NCBI GenBank assembly: GCA_963737905.1
Contig: CAVTUQ010000038.1
Coordinates: forward strand, 1-64,000
DNA: 64,000 bases
Direction of reading: 5' to 3'
From: an uncultured delta proteobacterium
GTDB lineage: Bacteria > Desulfobacterota > Binatia > UBA9968
Below, piece after piece: positions 1 to 9,796 of the stretch. Position numbers and translations under genes: made by a program. The notes under the pieces were generated by a model that made no database searches, had not been told where the DNA came from, and saw nothing but the letters and a program-made list of their open reading frames with translations. Numbering within the stretch: position 1 is the stretch's first letter; each line of letters starts with the position of its first letter.

Positions 1-220
1 TCGCGAACTGTGGCTTCCGCGGCTTCGAGTGGAAGCTTGTTTGCCTCTCAAATTGATTTCCTCCGCACGGAGGTGAAGCCGTTTGGCTTCCATGAAACAG
101 AGGGAACAAACAATCATATCAAGGAAAGTGATACCTTGATCTTCGCTTACAACCCGATAGGCGTTACCTACAATCGGCTCCCCGCAATGTTGACAAATAC
201 GATCCATGTTCTTCTAAAAA

Positions 221-236
221 GGCAAGGAACATGCCA
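221..236 (-). promoter_or_regulatory. Putative sigma54 (-24/-12) promoter facing out of the window's left end
   Basis: Minus strand reads TGGCATGTTCCTTGCC (GG-N10-GC) in an AT-rich intergenic region. Confidence 0.45.
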
Positions 237-649
237 TATCCTTGGGATTTGTCCAAGTGGCATCCAAGACATTGCGTTTCAACAGAAATTTTATCTGCAA
301 CCAAGAAATGAGTTCTGTTGATCCGTTCCCCTGGATGAAGGGATTTAAGGTCGTTTTACGAATTTTTGTAAGTGATTTTTCTACAACGCTCGCGTTGTTA
401 CCTTCATGGACTTGAGACGGACAGCAGTGAAAAATGACAAAGAAAAAGGTAGAAAATGGTCAGAGGTATCGAAGGATGCTCTCATCTACTTTTCTATTAC
501 CGAAAGGGTTTCAAAATACGTTAAGACGGCGGCGAGGGAAGATTCGGGTTGCCAAGGGTCAGAGAGATGACCTTATGAAGAGAGCAGATTTCAAGACCTC
601 GTCATGGTGTGTGTTTTGCTCCAATCACTCTAACCTAGAGGGCGAGTTG

Positions 650-817
650 ATGAAGAGTGCAATCCTGCGCCGAAAGTCGATCGAACTCCTCAAGGAACTA
701 ACCCAAATTCTCCAGGAGATTATCGGTTCCGGAGATGAAGAAAGGTTTCGCCGGTTAGAGGAAACGATTCGCAAGCTGGATGACAGTCGTCGAAAACCTG
801 CTCCTACACTTCATTGA
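650..817 (+). CDS. Small hypothetical helical protein (55 aa, MKSAILRRK...PTLH)
   Basis: 3' part of ORF 434..817; GAGGG upstream of ATG 650; no family recognised. Confidence 0.35.
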   Translation: MKSAILRRKSIELLKELTQILQEIIGSGDEERFRRLEETIRKLDDSRRKPAPTLH

Positions 818-871
818 TCGGGTTCCACTTGGACGCGCGAGAGCGCTTTAAATCGTCGCAAGGCTAGGTTC

Positions 872-2173
872 CTAGAACACCTTCGGTTCTTTCACGGGCG
901 TTTCTAGCGCAGTGAGGCCTTTGTCTATTAGGCCTACGCGCCAGCGCAGCTCTTCCTCCGGTGGCAGCTCCGGCTGTCCGACTGGATAGTGAAACTTACT
1001 TCCGCCGAGAATCCTTCCTACTCCGACTTGCGTTGCGACGTTGGAGAGGCAAGTGATTACGACCACCGGAATTCCCTTTTTCTCGATTTCTTTCCCGATC
1101 GTAGCGCCGCTACGTGTGCCGGTTCCTCAGGTGGCGGTTAATATCACCGCGCCAACGCCGGAGCCGGCGAGCTCTTGGGCAATGCCTGCGCCGATTTCTT
1201 CCATCTTGCTCGGCATCGCTCCCGTGCCAGTGGTGACGAAGTAGTGGCCGTGGAGTCTATTGAATCTCTTGGCTTTCTCCAGGACGCGCATGGCGTCCAG
1301 CGGCACGATCCGGTCCGGATCCTTGTCGACTGTAGAAGTATCGTAACCGGTATGCATGGCTTCGAATTCGCCCTGCCTGAGGTCCTCCCGCCCTTCGAGC
1401 GCATACTTGAAATATCTGGAGCCACGGGAGCTCTCCAGACGGTCAGGGTTTCCTTTCGGCACTAAACCGCCCTCGGTAACCAACGCAACAGTGACGTCCT
1501 TCAAACTGCCGGTCAAATTGGGAATAGGATGCTGCTTCGTTTCGACTTGAGGAATCTCGCTCTCATAGGGCTGGCCTTTGAGCTTTGCCAGCAACAGATC
1601 CACGGCGCGGACATAATCCGGCGCGCCCGATCTCACGGTAAATCGCCGTGGAATAGGCAGGCAATATTCAGCACGGAAATTGTCGATGGCATTTTCGTTA
1701 CCATTAAGCAGCCGCTCGATGAGCAGTGAGAAACGTCTTAGGCTTTCTTGCATCGACGCCGCAGAGACGCCGGTTTGAATAACGTAGACGTGCCGGCCGA
1801 TCTCCCTGGTTCCCGGGTTGTCTTCGTGCATTCCAGTGATTGCAGGTATCTGCCAGTTGTCTCGGACCCAGCTGCAGACTTTGGCGCAGGCCAGGCCGTA
1901 TCGGCCGGCATTGAAAGCCGGGCCGGCGAGGAAAACATCGGGTTGAAATTGCTCTAGTGCGGCTCGAATCGCTATCAAAGCTTTGTCTTCTTGTTCGTGA
2001 AAATAGTTGTCCCCGCAGGCGAGCGTTGTGTACTCAACCCCGCGGTCCTTCAACGCGTTTTCGATCACCGCGCCGGCGCCGACGGCGCCGGGTATGAAAA
2101 GAACCTCCTGACCGGCCTTGTCTTCACCGCCGATGCCGGCAAAGAACTGATTCATATAGTGGAGAACCTTCAT
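872..2173 (-). CDS. grdB: Glycine/sarcosine/betaine reductase selenoprotein B-like (GrdB family), 433 aa, Sec at codon 349 (TGA 1127-1129)
   Basis: ORF 1127..2173 (HYMNQFFAGIGGEDKA, AGPAFNAGRYG, LVTEGGLVPKGNPD) continues in frame through TGA as VILTAT-U-GTGTRSGATIGKEIEKKGIPVV into ORF 872..1066; SECIS-like hairpin follows. Confidence 0.9.
1100..1114 (-). promoter_or_regulatory. Bacterial SECIS-like hairpin of grdB copy 1
   Basis: CGUAGC-GGC-GCUACG stem-loop starting 12 nt after UGA; G-first loop 18 nt downstream of UGA. Confidence 0.75.
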
Positions 2174-2184
2174 GTGACTTCTCC

Positions 2185-3471
2185 TTACTGCTCGTAAACT
2201 GCCCGGAACCCGGTGTCGCCCATCTTGCTGTAGGAGCCAAAAAATATGGTGGGGTCAAAGAGGAATGGAAGGCGCGCATCGTGGGTCGCCTTTAGATGGA
2301 GATCGATATCGGCGCCACCGATCACGGTTGCCAGCGGAGGAATATATATTTTCTCCGAAACGTTGCCCCGGCTGATCATGCTATCCGCCTCTTTGGGATG
2401 GTCCACGAGAGGCCTCTCATATCCCTTGGGGCCATTGGACTCATGGAGCACGGCGACGGTCCTGATGCCTTCGTCTTCGCAGGCCTTCACGGTCTGCATG
2501 AAATCGACGGTTCCGTTCCCCGTTCCTTCCATGACCGCGACCGCTCCGTCGGCTCCGAGATTTCGCGCCAGGCGCGCTACCCACAACCCCATCTTCTTTT
2601 TCTGCTCGAAACTGTCATTGTAGCCACGGGAAAGAATGACGCCTAGAAAGTTAGCTGTCTTGCCGTGTCTCTCCAACAGCTCGGCGATGAACGGGTTGGT
2701 GCAGTGGAGAGACGTAGGGATCTTCCGCTCGCTCTTGTAATTCCCGCTGACCACCGCACCGTCGAAGAATTCCGCCGGATGAACAAAAGTCGGCAAAGTC
2801 TTCGAGACTTCTTCGCCGTAATAAAAAGTTCGCGCGCAAACGAGCTGGCTCTGCACCTGATAGATTAGAACGACTTTGGGTAGCCGTTCGTCGACGGGCT
2901 TCAAAGCGACGATCTTTCTTTCAGGCGCGGCCCCCGTTTTCTCCACCTGAGCCAGAAGGCGAGCGCATCGGAGTGTGATGTTTCTGAGCGCCTGGTCGAA
3001 GGCCGCATTGGAGACGGCGGGATCGGGGGTCAGCGAAAGAATCAAATGGAAGCAGTCTGAGCCGTAGGAGTATGAAGCGCCGACACCTGCCATGTCGATC
3101 ATCCCCTCGCGTGGCTTCTCAATTGGCGTCATAGCCTCAGGTTGGGGAAAGCGACCGGCGACGGTCACCAAAAGATTCTTGAGGCGCATTGTTTGCCCCG
3201 TGCCGACGAGTTGCGCCGGACCCTCGAACCCTGGGAAAGTGGAAGCTGAACGATTCAATTTTGCGATCGGGAGCACCGTGTCCAGAACGTGGACGATGCG
3301 TTTGGATTCCCCTGGGCGTGCCAGTTCATAATCGACGCGGATGTCGCGGGTTAGGTCCTTGATTTGTTCCTGAAGATCGGCAACGGAGACGGAAAGGGAC
3401 TTCCCGTCAAGAGCCGTGCGCTCGCTCCATTGGAGGTCTTCGAGAGCGTAGTCGAGAAGTTGCAGTTCCAC
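2185..3471 (-). CDS. Glycine/sarcosine/betaine reductase component B proprotein-like (GrdE/GrdI family)
   Basis: LARPGESKRIVHVLD, GMIDMAGVGA, HPAEFFDGAVVSGN, EGTGNGTVD, DSMISRGN motifs; 11 bp upstream of grdB; GTG 3471 has a GAGAGG RBS and aligns with the paralog's start. Confidence 0.85.
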   Translation of the reverse strand: MELQLLDYALEDLQWSERTALDGKSLSVSVADLQEQIKDLTRDIRVDYELARPGESKRIVHVLDTVLPIAKLNRSASTFPGFEGPAQLVGTGQTMRLKNLLVTVAGRFPQPEAMTPIEKPREGMIDMAGVGASYSYGSDCFHLILSLTPDPAVSNAAFDQALRNITLRCARLLAQVEKTGAAPERKIVALKPVDERLPKVVLIYQVQSQLVCARTFYYGEEVSKTLPTFVHPAEFFDGAVVSGNYKSERKIPTSLHCTNPFIAELLERHGKTANFLGVILSRGYNDSFEQKKKMGLWVARLARNLGADGAVAVMEGTGNGTVDFMQTVKACEDEGIRTVAVLHESNGPKGYERPLVDHPKEADSMISRGNVSEKIYIPPLATVIGGADIDLHLKATHDARLPFLFDPTIFFGSYSKMGDTGFRAVYEQ

Positions 3472-3721
3472 GCGATGGTCCTCTCTATCAGCGGAATAAC
3501 CGTTTCTCATGTACCGCGTTGGTTCTCAATGTGTCAAGTTGAGACGGATTCCGCTAGGCCTGGAGTTTAGCGCAGTCGACAGCTCCGCGGAAGTAGAAAG
3601 CTTTCTCCGCGCAGATTGACAGAATGGTTGACGATCGGATAGTCTCCGGTCCAAAATTGAGGATGCGCCAGTCGGTCTCCTCTAATGGACCTCTAGATTC
3701 TCGAAAGCTGTCGGAGGAAGG

Positions 3722-5321
3722 TTGTCGAGGACAATTTTGGGTGGCCAGTGGCTGAACCTCAAGAGCAAATTCCTATCATTAGATAAACGCCTGACTGCTT
3801 TTCTGCAGAATCAAGTGGGCACCCTGATCAGAGTTGCCTCGCCCGCCGTCATTGCGGTATTGGTACCGCTGTCTGTTAGCGCCGCGCCAGCGGGCCGCGA
3901 GTTCCTCTGGGCGGGCGACCCTGAGGGCGGGGCGCCGTTTGTTGAAGCGGACCCCGCCGAGCCGGACAAAATCGTCGGCTTCGATGTCGAAATCGCCGAT
4001 CTCATCGCGCGCGGCCTCGGGCGCAAGGCCGCCTTCATCAACGTTACGTTTACCTCCATCGATCAATCCATCGAGCGCGGCGACGCCGAGATCGGCCTGA
4101 GTGGCATCGAAGACACGCAGGCGCGGCGCGCCACGATGGCACCCACCGTTCCCTACTACCAGTTTCGCGAAGTGTTGAGTGTGCGCGACGCCGATGCATC
4201 GCGTTTCCTTACCCTTGCCAACCTTCGCGGCCGGCGGGTCGGTACCCTCGGCGGTACGATCGCCTACGAAATCCTGCTCCGCGCCGAACGCGACTTTGGC
4301 ATTCAGGCGATCTCTTACGATGACGATGTGCATCCGTACAGTGATCTCGTGATCGGCCGTCTGGACGCCGTACTGCTCGATAACGTTCTCGCCGAGCGTC
4401 GCCGGCGGGCGCTCCCGGGATTTACGATCCAGCCGCAGAGCGTCGCCGTGGGCCACTATGTCGGCGTGCTGGCGGCCCGGAACGCGGCGCTTCGTGACGC
4501 GATCGACGAAATTCTTCGCGGGGCGATGCAAGACGGTAGCTCTTGAGAGCATTTTTCGCAAATGGGGCGTTTGGAACGAGGATCAGCCGGCGCTCTACGC
4601 GAGGATTCTCGCCCGAGAAACCGTGCCTCCGGTCATCGGCGTCGATGCGCCTTCCGGCGCGACGACACTCTCCGGATGGGAAGCGGCGCGACGCTATCTG
4701 CCGTCGCTGCTGCAGGCGTCGCTGATTACCATTGTGCTGTCGTGCCTGTCCATGGGACTCGCAGTGGTGCTCGGCGTGGCCATCGCCAGCGGCCGCGTGT
4801 ACGGCAGGCGGCTCACGCGCGCGCTCCTCACCGGGTACGTGGAGATCATGCGCGGCACGCCGATCCTGCTCCAGCTCTTCGTTCTCTATTATGGGATCGC
4901 GGCGGCCATTCGCCTGCCGGCTTTCGCGGCGGCGTTGCTGGGATTGGCGCTCAACTACGCGGCCTATGAGAGCGAGATTTATCGAGGGGCGCTGGAAGCG
5001 GTGCCCACCGGCCAGCTCGAGGCGGCGCGGATCCTTGGCCTGAGCGAGCGCCAGGTTCTGACGCTCGTCCGCGGCCCGCAGGCGTTTCGCCTGGCGCTGG
5101 CGCCGATGACCAACGACTTTGTCGCGCTCCTCAAGGACTCATCGCTGGTTTCTGTGCTCACGGTCCTCGAACTGACGAAACAGACGCAGATCTTTGCCAC
5201 CAATATCGGTAGCTGGGTCATCCCCGGTCTGCTCTGTGCCGCGCTCTACCTCGCGATGTCGCTGCCCCTGGCGGCGCTCGCGCGACGTCTCGAACGGCGC
5301 TGGAAGAGGGCGACAGCGTGA
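3722..5321 (+). CDS. Polar amino acid ABC transporter, fused substrate-binding protein + permease (frame break near 4540)
   Basis: GGAPF/GFDVEIA SBP3 domain in 3722..4546 continues as LESIFRKWGVWN...RGTPILLQL...AAYESEIYRG permease in 4458..5321; start uncertain. Confidence 0.8.
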
Positions 5322-5999
5322 GCGGAGTAGTACTTCGTGTGCAGGCCTTGGGCCTTCGCCGTGGCACGCGCGGCGTCCTCGAGGGCGTCACCTTCGATGT
5401 GCCACGGGGCGAGCTGGTAGCATTGATGGGGCCATCCGGGGCCGGCAAAACCACTATTCTAAGAGTGGTCGCAGGGCTGGAGCCGTTTCAGTCGGGGACG
5501 GTCCAGGTCGAGGATTTAGCCATAGGCAGCGGCATGTCGACTCACGCCGCCGACGCTTCGAGCGCTGCGGCGGAAGGTCGGTATGGTGTTTCAGTTTCAT
5601 CATCTGTTCGAGCACCTGCCGGCGATCAAGAACGTGTGGCTTGCGCCGGTGCACGCGTACGGCGTGCCGTTGCGCGAAGCCGAGCGCCGGGCGCGCGAAT
5701 TGCTTGCCGCGCTGGGCGTGGAGCATCGCGCTGCAGCGCTGCCGCGCGAGTTGTCGGGTGGTGAATCGCAGCGGGTCGCCATCGCGCGGGCCCTCGCCGT
5801 CGATCCGCCGCTTCTGCTCATGGACGAGCCGACGGCGTCGCTGGATCAGGCGCGGCGCATGGAGCTCCGGGATCTGCTGCGGGGTCTGCTCCGCGATGGC
5901 CGCACCTTGATTGTGGCGACCCACGACGAAGAGTTCGCGCGCAGTTGCGCCACCCGCGTGCTGCGGGTTATAGAAGGCCGGGTATTTGAAGAAGGTTAG
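5318..5999 (+). CDS. Amino acid ABC transporter ATP-binding protein (frame break near 5540-5560)
   Basis: Walker A GPSGAGKT in 5318..5764; VFQFHHLF, LSGGESQRV, LLMDEPT in 5583..5999. Confidence 0.85.
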
Positions 6000-6023
6000 T
6001 GGCCCGCGAAAAAAAGGGACTGA

Positions 6024-7031
6024 ATGATGATAAAGCAATTCTTATTGCAACACCTTATCATGTCTTTGGTCTTTCTGGCGGCCGTAGGGCTGGCAGTGCA
6101 ACCGGTAGACGGTGCGGAGGCGCAGTTGAAAAGTCCGGTGCCCGGTACGAAAATCAAGCTTGCGGTCCCTTCGCCATCGCTTAGCTATCTGCCGATTCAC
6201 GTCGCGCTAAAGAAAGGCTTTTTCGCAAGGCGAGGCTTTGACATAGAAGTGATTCAGATGGCGGCGGGCTTGACGGCGCCGGCACTACTCAACCGCGCGA
6301 TTGATTACACCACCGTGCCCAGCGGCGTTGCCACGGCGGGCGCGAGAGGAGCTCCGTTGAAAGTCATCTGCTTTGCCTCGGTCAAGCTCCAACATCTGCT
6401 CATCAGCCGCCCCGAGATAATGACAGTGGCAGATCTGGCCGGCAAGAGAATAGGTGCCGGCGGATTTGGAACTCTCCCTGCTTATGAAGTTCGAGTTCTC
6501 ATCGATAGATATCGTTTGGGTCCCGACACAATCATCGTTCCTTTGAACTCCTCCAGCGACAGAATGATCGGCACGCAAAAAGGGACGATCGATGCCGGCA
6601 TCGTCCCCGCGCCGCTGGATTTGAGAGCTGAAGCGCTGGGTTTAAAACGACTGCTGCACATGGGAACGATACTGCCGATTCCACAAGCCGGGCTGGCCAC
6701 AACCGACGAAAAGCTAAAGACGGGACGGGGCGAAGTGATCGAAGTTCTCAAAGCTACGATAGAAGGGCTCGACTATACCTGGACTCAGCGCGAAGCGACC
6801 GTCGATATCATCGCAAGGTGGATGAATCTCAATGCAGCGCAAGCAGCAAAGGCTTACGATTCGGTCAAGGAAACGTTTTCAAAGAACTGTATTCCTTCCG
6901 AGGAGCAGGCCAAGGCGTATATCGCCATGCTTGGCGCCACGGCTGGTCTGAAGGCAGATTTTTCACCGGCATCGATATTCGATTTTTCTGCGGCAACGGA
7001 GGCAAGCAAAGAAATGCCGCTGAAAAGATAA
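6024..7031 (+). CDS. ABC substrate-binding protein, NMT1/THI5/SsuA-like
   Basis: Signal peptide; ALKKGFFARRGFDIE, ADLAGKRIG motifs. Confidence 0.8.
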   Translation: MMIKQFLLQHLIMSLVFLAAVGLAVQPVDGAEAQLKSPVPGTKIKLAVPSPSLSYLPIHVALKKGFFARRGFDIEVIQMAAGLTAPALLNRAIDYTTVPSGVATAGARGAPLKVICFASVKLQHLLISRPEIMTVADLAGKRIGAGGFGTLPAYEVRVLIDRYRLGPDTIIVPLNSSSDRMIGTQKGTIDAGIVPAPLDLRAEALGLKRLLHMGTILPIPQAGLATTDEKLKTGRGEVIEVLKATIEGLDYTWTQREATVDIIARWMNLNAAQAAKAYDSVKETFSKNCIPSEEQAKAYIAMLGATAGLKADFSPASIFDFSAATEASKEMPLKR

Positions 7032-7099
7032 GCTCGCTGTAACCCGGCTCACTTTGCCGGAGCTCCGTATACCTGATAATCGATGAAAGGAACCGAACC

Positions 7100-8170
7100 A
7101 TGCGGCGAATCATCAAAATCATTTTCGCTATCCTCACTCTACCTATGGCTCTCGCAGTGCTCCCCACGAGTGTCCGCGGGGCGACGGTTGCCGAAGTTGC
7201 GGAAAAAGTAAAATCACTCAAGCAAAAGGAAAAACTCGATTACCTCGCCAAAGGCGCTCAGGCGGAAGGCGAGCTGGTTTATTATGGGACGTTACCGATA
7301 GATGAATTTCTTCCTCTGGCGAAGGTATTTAATGCTCGTTATCGAGCTCTGGCTCTGCAGCATTATTTTTCCCCGCGGCAAGGAATCCTCAACCGCGCAT
7401 TGACCGAGGCCCGCGCGGGCCGGCATGCCGTCGATGTGATTCAAGTGGACCTCAGTTACGGCTATCAATTAATGAATGACAACTTGGTTCAACCTTACAT
7501 GATCTCCGGACGGGAACATTTTTACGACGGCACCTATGACCCGAGCGGGTATTGGCATAGCATGTATCACTTGACAACGGCGTTGATTTACAACACGAGC
7601 TCGGTCAAGGCGGAACAAGCGCCGAAAAGCTATCAGGATTTGCTTAGTCCTGCTTGGAAAGGAAAAATGCTATTCGATCCGGAAGCGGGGTATATTTTGG
7701 CTGCCTTGGAGGAAGCTTGGGGTAGAGAAAAGGCCGTCGATTACCTGACCAAGCTATCCAAGCAGGGTATAAGTTATCGGCGCGGCGGAACTTTGACGAC
7801 ACAGGTCGTGACCTCGGGTGAATATCCCATCGGTATCGCCATCAACGGCGAAACTTCGGCGGCCATACGCGACAAGGGAGCACCGTTGGGTTTTAGAGTT
7901 CTATCGCCGAAGATCGTCAAACCCGAAGGTTTGTTTTTGGCGAAAAATGCGCCGCACCCTCACGCCACGTTGCTTTTCGCCGAATGGGTGCTCTCGGACG
8001 AGGCGCAGACTTTTTTGGCGACGACGTTAGGCAAGGGTAGCGCTATGAAAGGGGTGCGCAGTAAGTATAAAGAATTTCAACTGCAGCCCGACTTCGTCGT
8101 GACCCCCAAACTTGGTCCCAAGCTGCAAGCCTACATCCAGGACTTCGCAAAGATCATGAACGTTCCTTAG
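7100..8170 (+). CDS. Extracellular solute-binding protein (Fe3+/thiamine/polyamine-like SBP family)
   Basis: Signal peptide; GAQAEGELVYY, YNTSSV..APKSYQDLLSPAWKGK, APHPHAT motifs; first gene before grdE/grdB copy 2. Confidence 0.8.
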   Translation: MRRIIKIIFAILTLPMALAVLPTSVRGATVAEVAEKVKSLKQKEKLDYLAKGAQAEGELVYYGTLPIDEFLPLAKVFNARYRALALQHYFSPRQGILNRALTEARAGRHAVDVIQVDLSYGYQLMNDNLVQPYMISGREHFYDGTYDPSGYWHSMYHLTTALIYNTSSVKAEQAPKSYQDLLSPAWKGKMLFDPEAGYILAALEEAWGREKAVDYLTKLSKQGISYRRGGTLTTQVVTSGEYPIGIAINGETSAAIRDKGAPLGFRVLSPKIVKPEGLFLAKNAPHPHATLLFAEWVLSDEAQTFLATTLGKGSAMKGVRSKYKEFQLQPDFVVTPKLGPKLQAYIQDFAKIMNVP

Positions 8171-8207
8171 TAGAGAAACTTGGCTGGTCTGAAATGCACC
8201 ACAGAAT

Positions 8208-9516
8208 ATGAAACTTGAAATCGCGGAATTCCCGGTAAAACAGATCCGCTTGGGTCGCCGCTTCAGTTATGAAAACCAGGTTCTTGAGGTTGATGAAACC
8301 GCGTTGATCGATCTGGTCCTTCAGGATCCGCAGGATCAGCGATGCATCCATCGCCGTGGCGATGCCTGGAGAAAAGACGCGCATCACTGGGATTCGAGAC
8401 ATCGTGGAGCCGCGACACAAAGTCTCAGGGAGCGGGCAAGTTTTCCCGGGTATTCTAGGACCCATCGAAGACGTGGGGGACGGACGGACTCACCGGCTGT
8501 CGGACATGACGGTGATTGCCGCGGCAGAATACGAAGGGACGATTCGGGCCGGCACCACGGTCCAAAGGAGCGCCATCCTCGACATGTCTGGCCCCGGAGC
8601 CGAAATCTCCCGATTCAGCTCGCTCCTCCACTTGGTCTTGAACTTTAGAATCGCTTCAGGGCTTGCCGAGTTGGAGGCTCATACCGCGATTCAATTAGCA
8701 GAGTATAAGATTGCGCACCGAGTTGCCCAGACTACCGCGGGACTCTCACCAGAAAAGATCGTTACGTATGACCTCGGCAAACAGGAACCCGATCTGCCAA
8801 ACGTGATGCTGCTGCAAGGTTGCATCACCGACCCTCAGCACGTGCATTCAGGGGTGGGCTATTATGGACTGTCGCTGCGGGATTCCATGGCGACATTTCT
8901 CCATCCCAACGAGCTTTTTGACGGGGCGGTTACCGTCGACACGACCCGTTCGGGTCGCGGCTATTACCCGACCACTTGGGATTGGCAAAACCACCCTTTG
9001 GTTCTAGGACTCTATGGGGCTCACGGACGGAGCTTGAACTTCGGCGGCGTCATCTTGCAGCGCATTCGCTTTGAGACTTCTCACGGCAAAGAAGTGGGCG
9101 CTCAAAATGCTGCCCGTCTCGCTGATGCCATGAAAGCTGACGGTGTGCTCGTTACCTGGATCGGCGGCGGCAACGCGTTCGTCGACGTTATGTTTACCAT
9201 CCGCGCCTGCGAGCGGAGAGGTATAAAGACGACGCTAGTCACCTATGAGAATGGTGGGAAAGAAGGCAAGGATAGCCCGGTGTTGTTCTATGTTTCGGAA
9301 GCGGACGCGATAGTGAGCACGGGGACTCTCGATCGACCTCTGGATTTGCCTGCGATGGACCGAGTGATTGGCCCCTACGAAGAAATCAAGATCTTTCCTT
9401 TTCCCGGCGCGGCACCGGTATCGGCGCGAGGACCTTTATCGCTGGAAGCGAGGGATGTATTGATAGGGGGAGCCGATATTTGGGGGCAGGGGACGTGGCG
9501 GTGTGCGGAATACTAG
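8208..9516 (+). CDS. GrdE/GrdI-like component B proprotein, copy 2 (frame break near 8330-8345)
   Basis: MKLEIAEFPVKQI in 8208 frame, then PGEKTRITGIRDIVEPR, ILDMSGPGA, HPNELFDGAV, GGGNAFVD, DAIVSTG in 8356..9516. Confidence 0.85.
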
Positions 9517-9538
9517 CTCGCATTATTCATGCAAGATC

Positions 9539-9712
9539 GGCCGACGAGCGAGCCTCTCCGGTCGCGGGCAATGGGCCTGTACCTTGAGGATGCCTGCAAA
9601 TTGGAGTGGCAGCCTGTTAAGTGAGGAAGAAACGAGAGCCTATGACCGAGTGCCCAAAAGTCATCGTAGCTTTACACTCCTGTGCCCGCTCGCTCGAGGC
9701 TCATCCTCGGCC
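9539..9712. repeat. Imperfect long inverted repeat (MITE/REP-like or structured RNA) between grdE2 and grdB2
   Basis: Nested pairs GGCCGA/TCGGCC, GAGCCTC/GAGGCTC, GCGGGCA/TGCCCGC enclosing ~110 nt. Confidence 0.5.
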
Positions 9713-9796
9713 AAGAGAATGCCGTTTCGGCTAGCTGGCTGCCCGGTTTAAACGAGTTCGGGAGGTTAAAAAGCTGAAACATAGGAGAAGATCACT

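Noticed and set aside
1127-1129. TGA codons in grdB1, grdB2 and the AhpC-like gene as true stops or a reassigned genetic code
   Set aside because: Many other genes end normally in TGA. These three fall at catalytic Cys/Sec positions and have SECIS-like hairpins.
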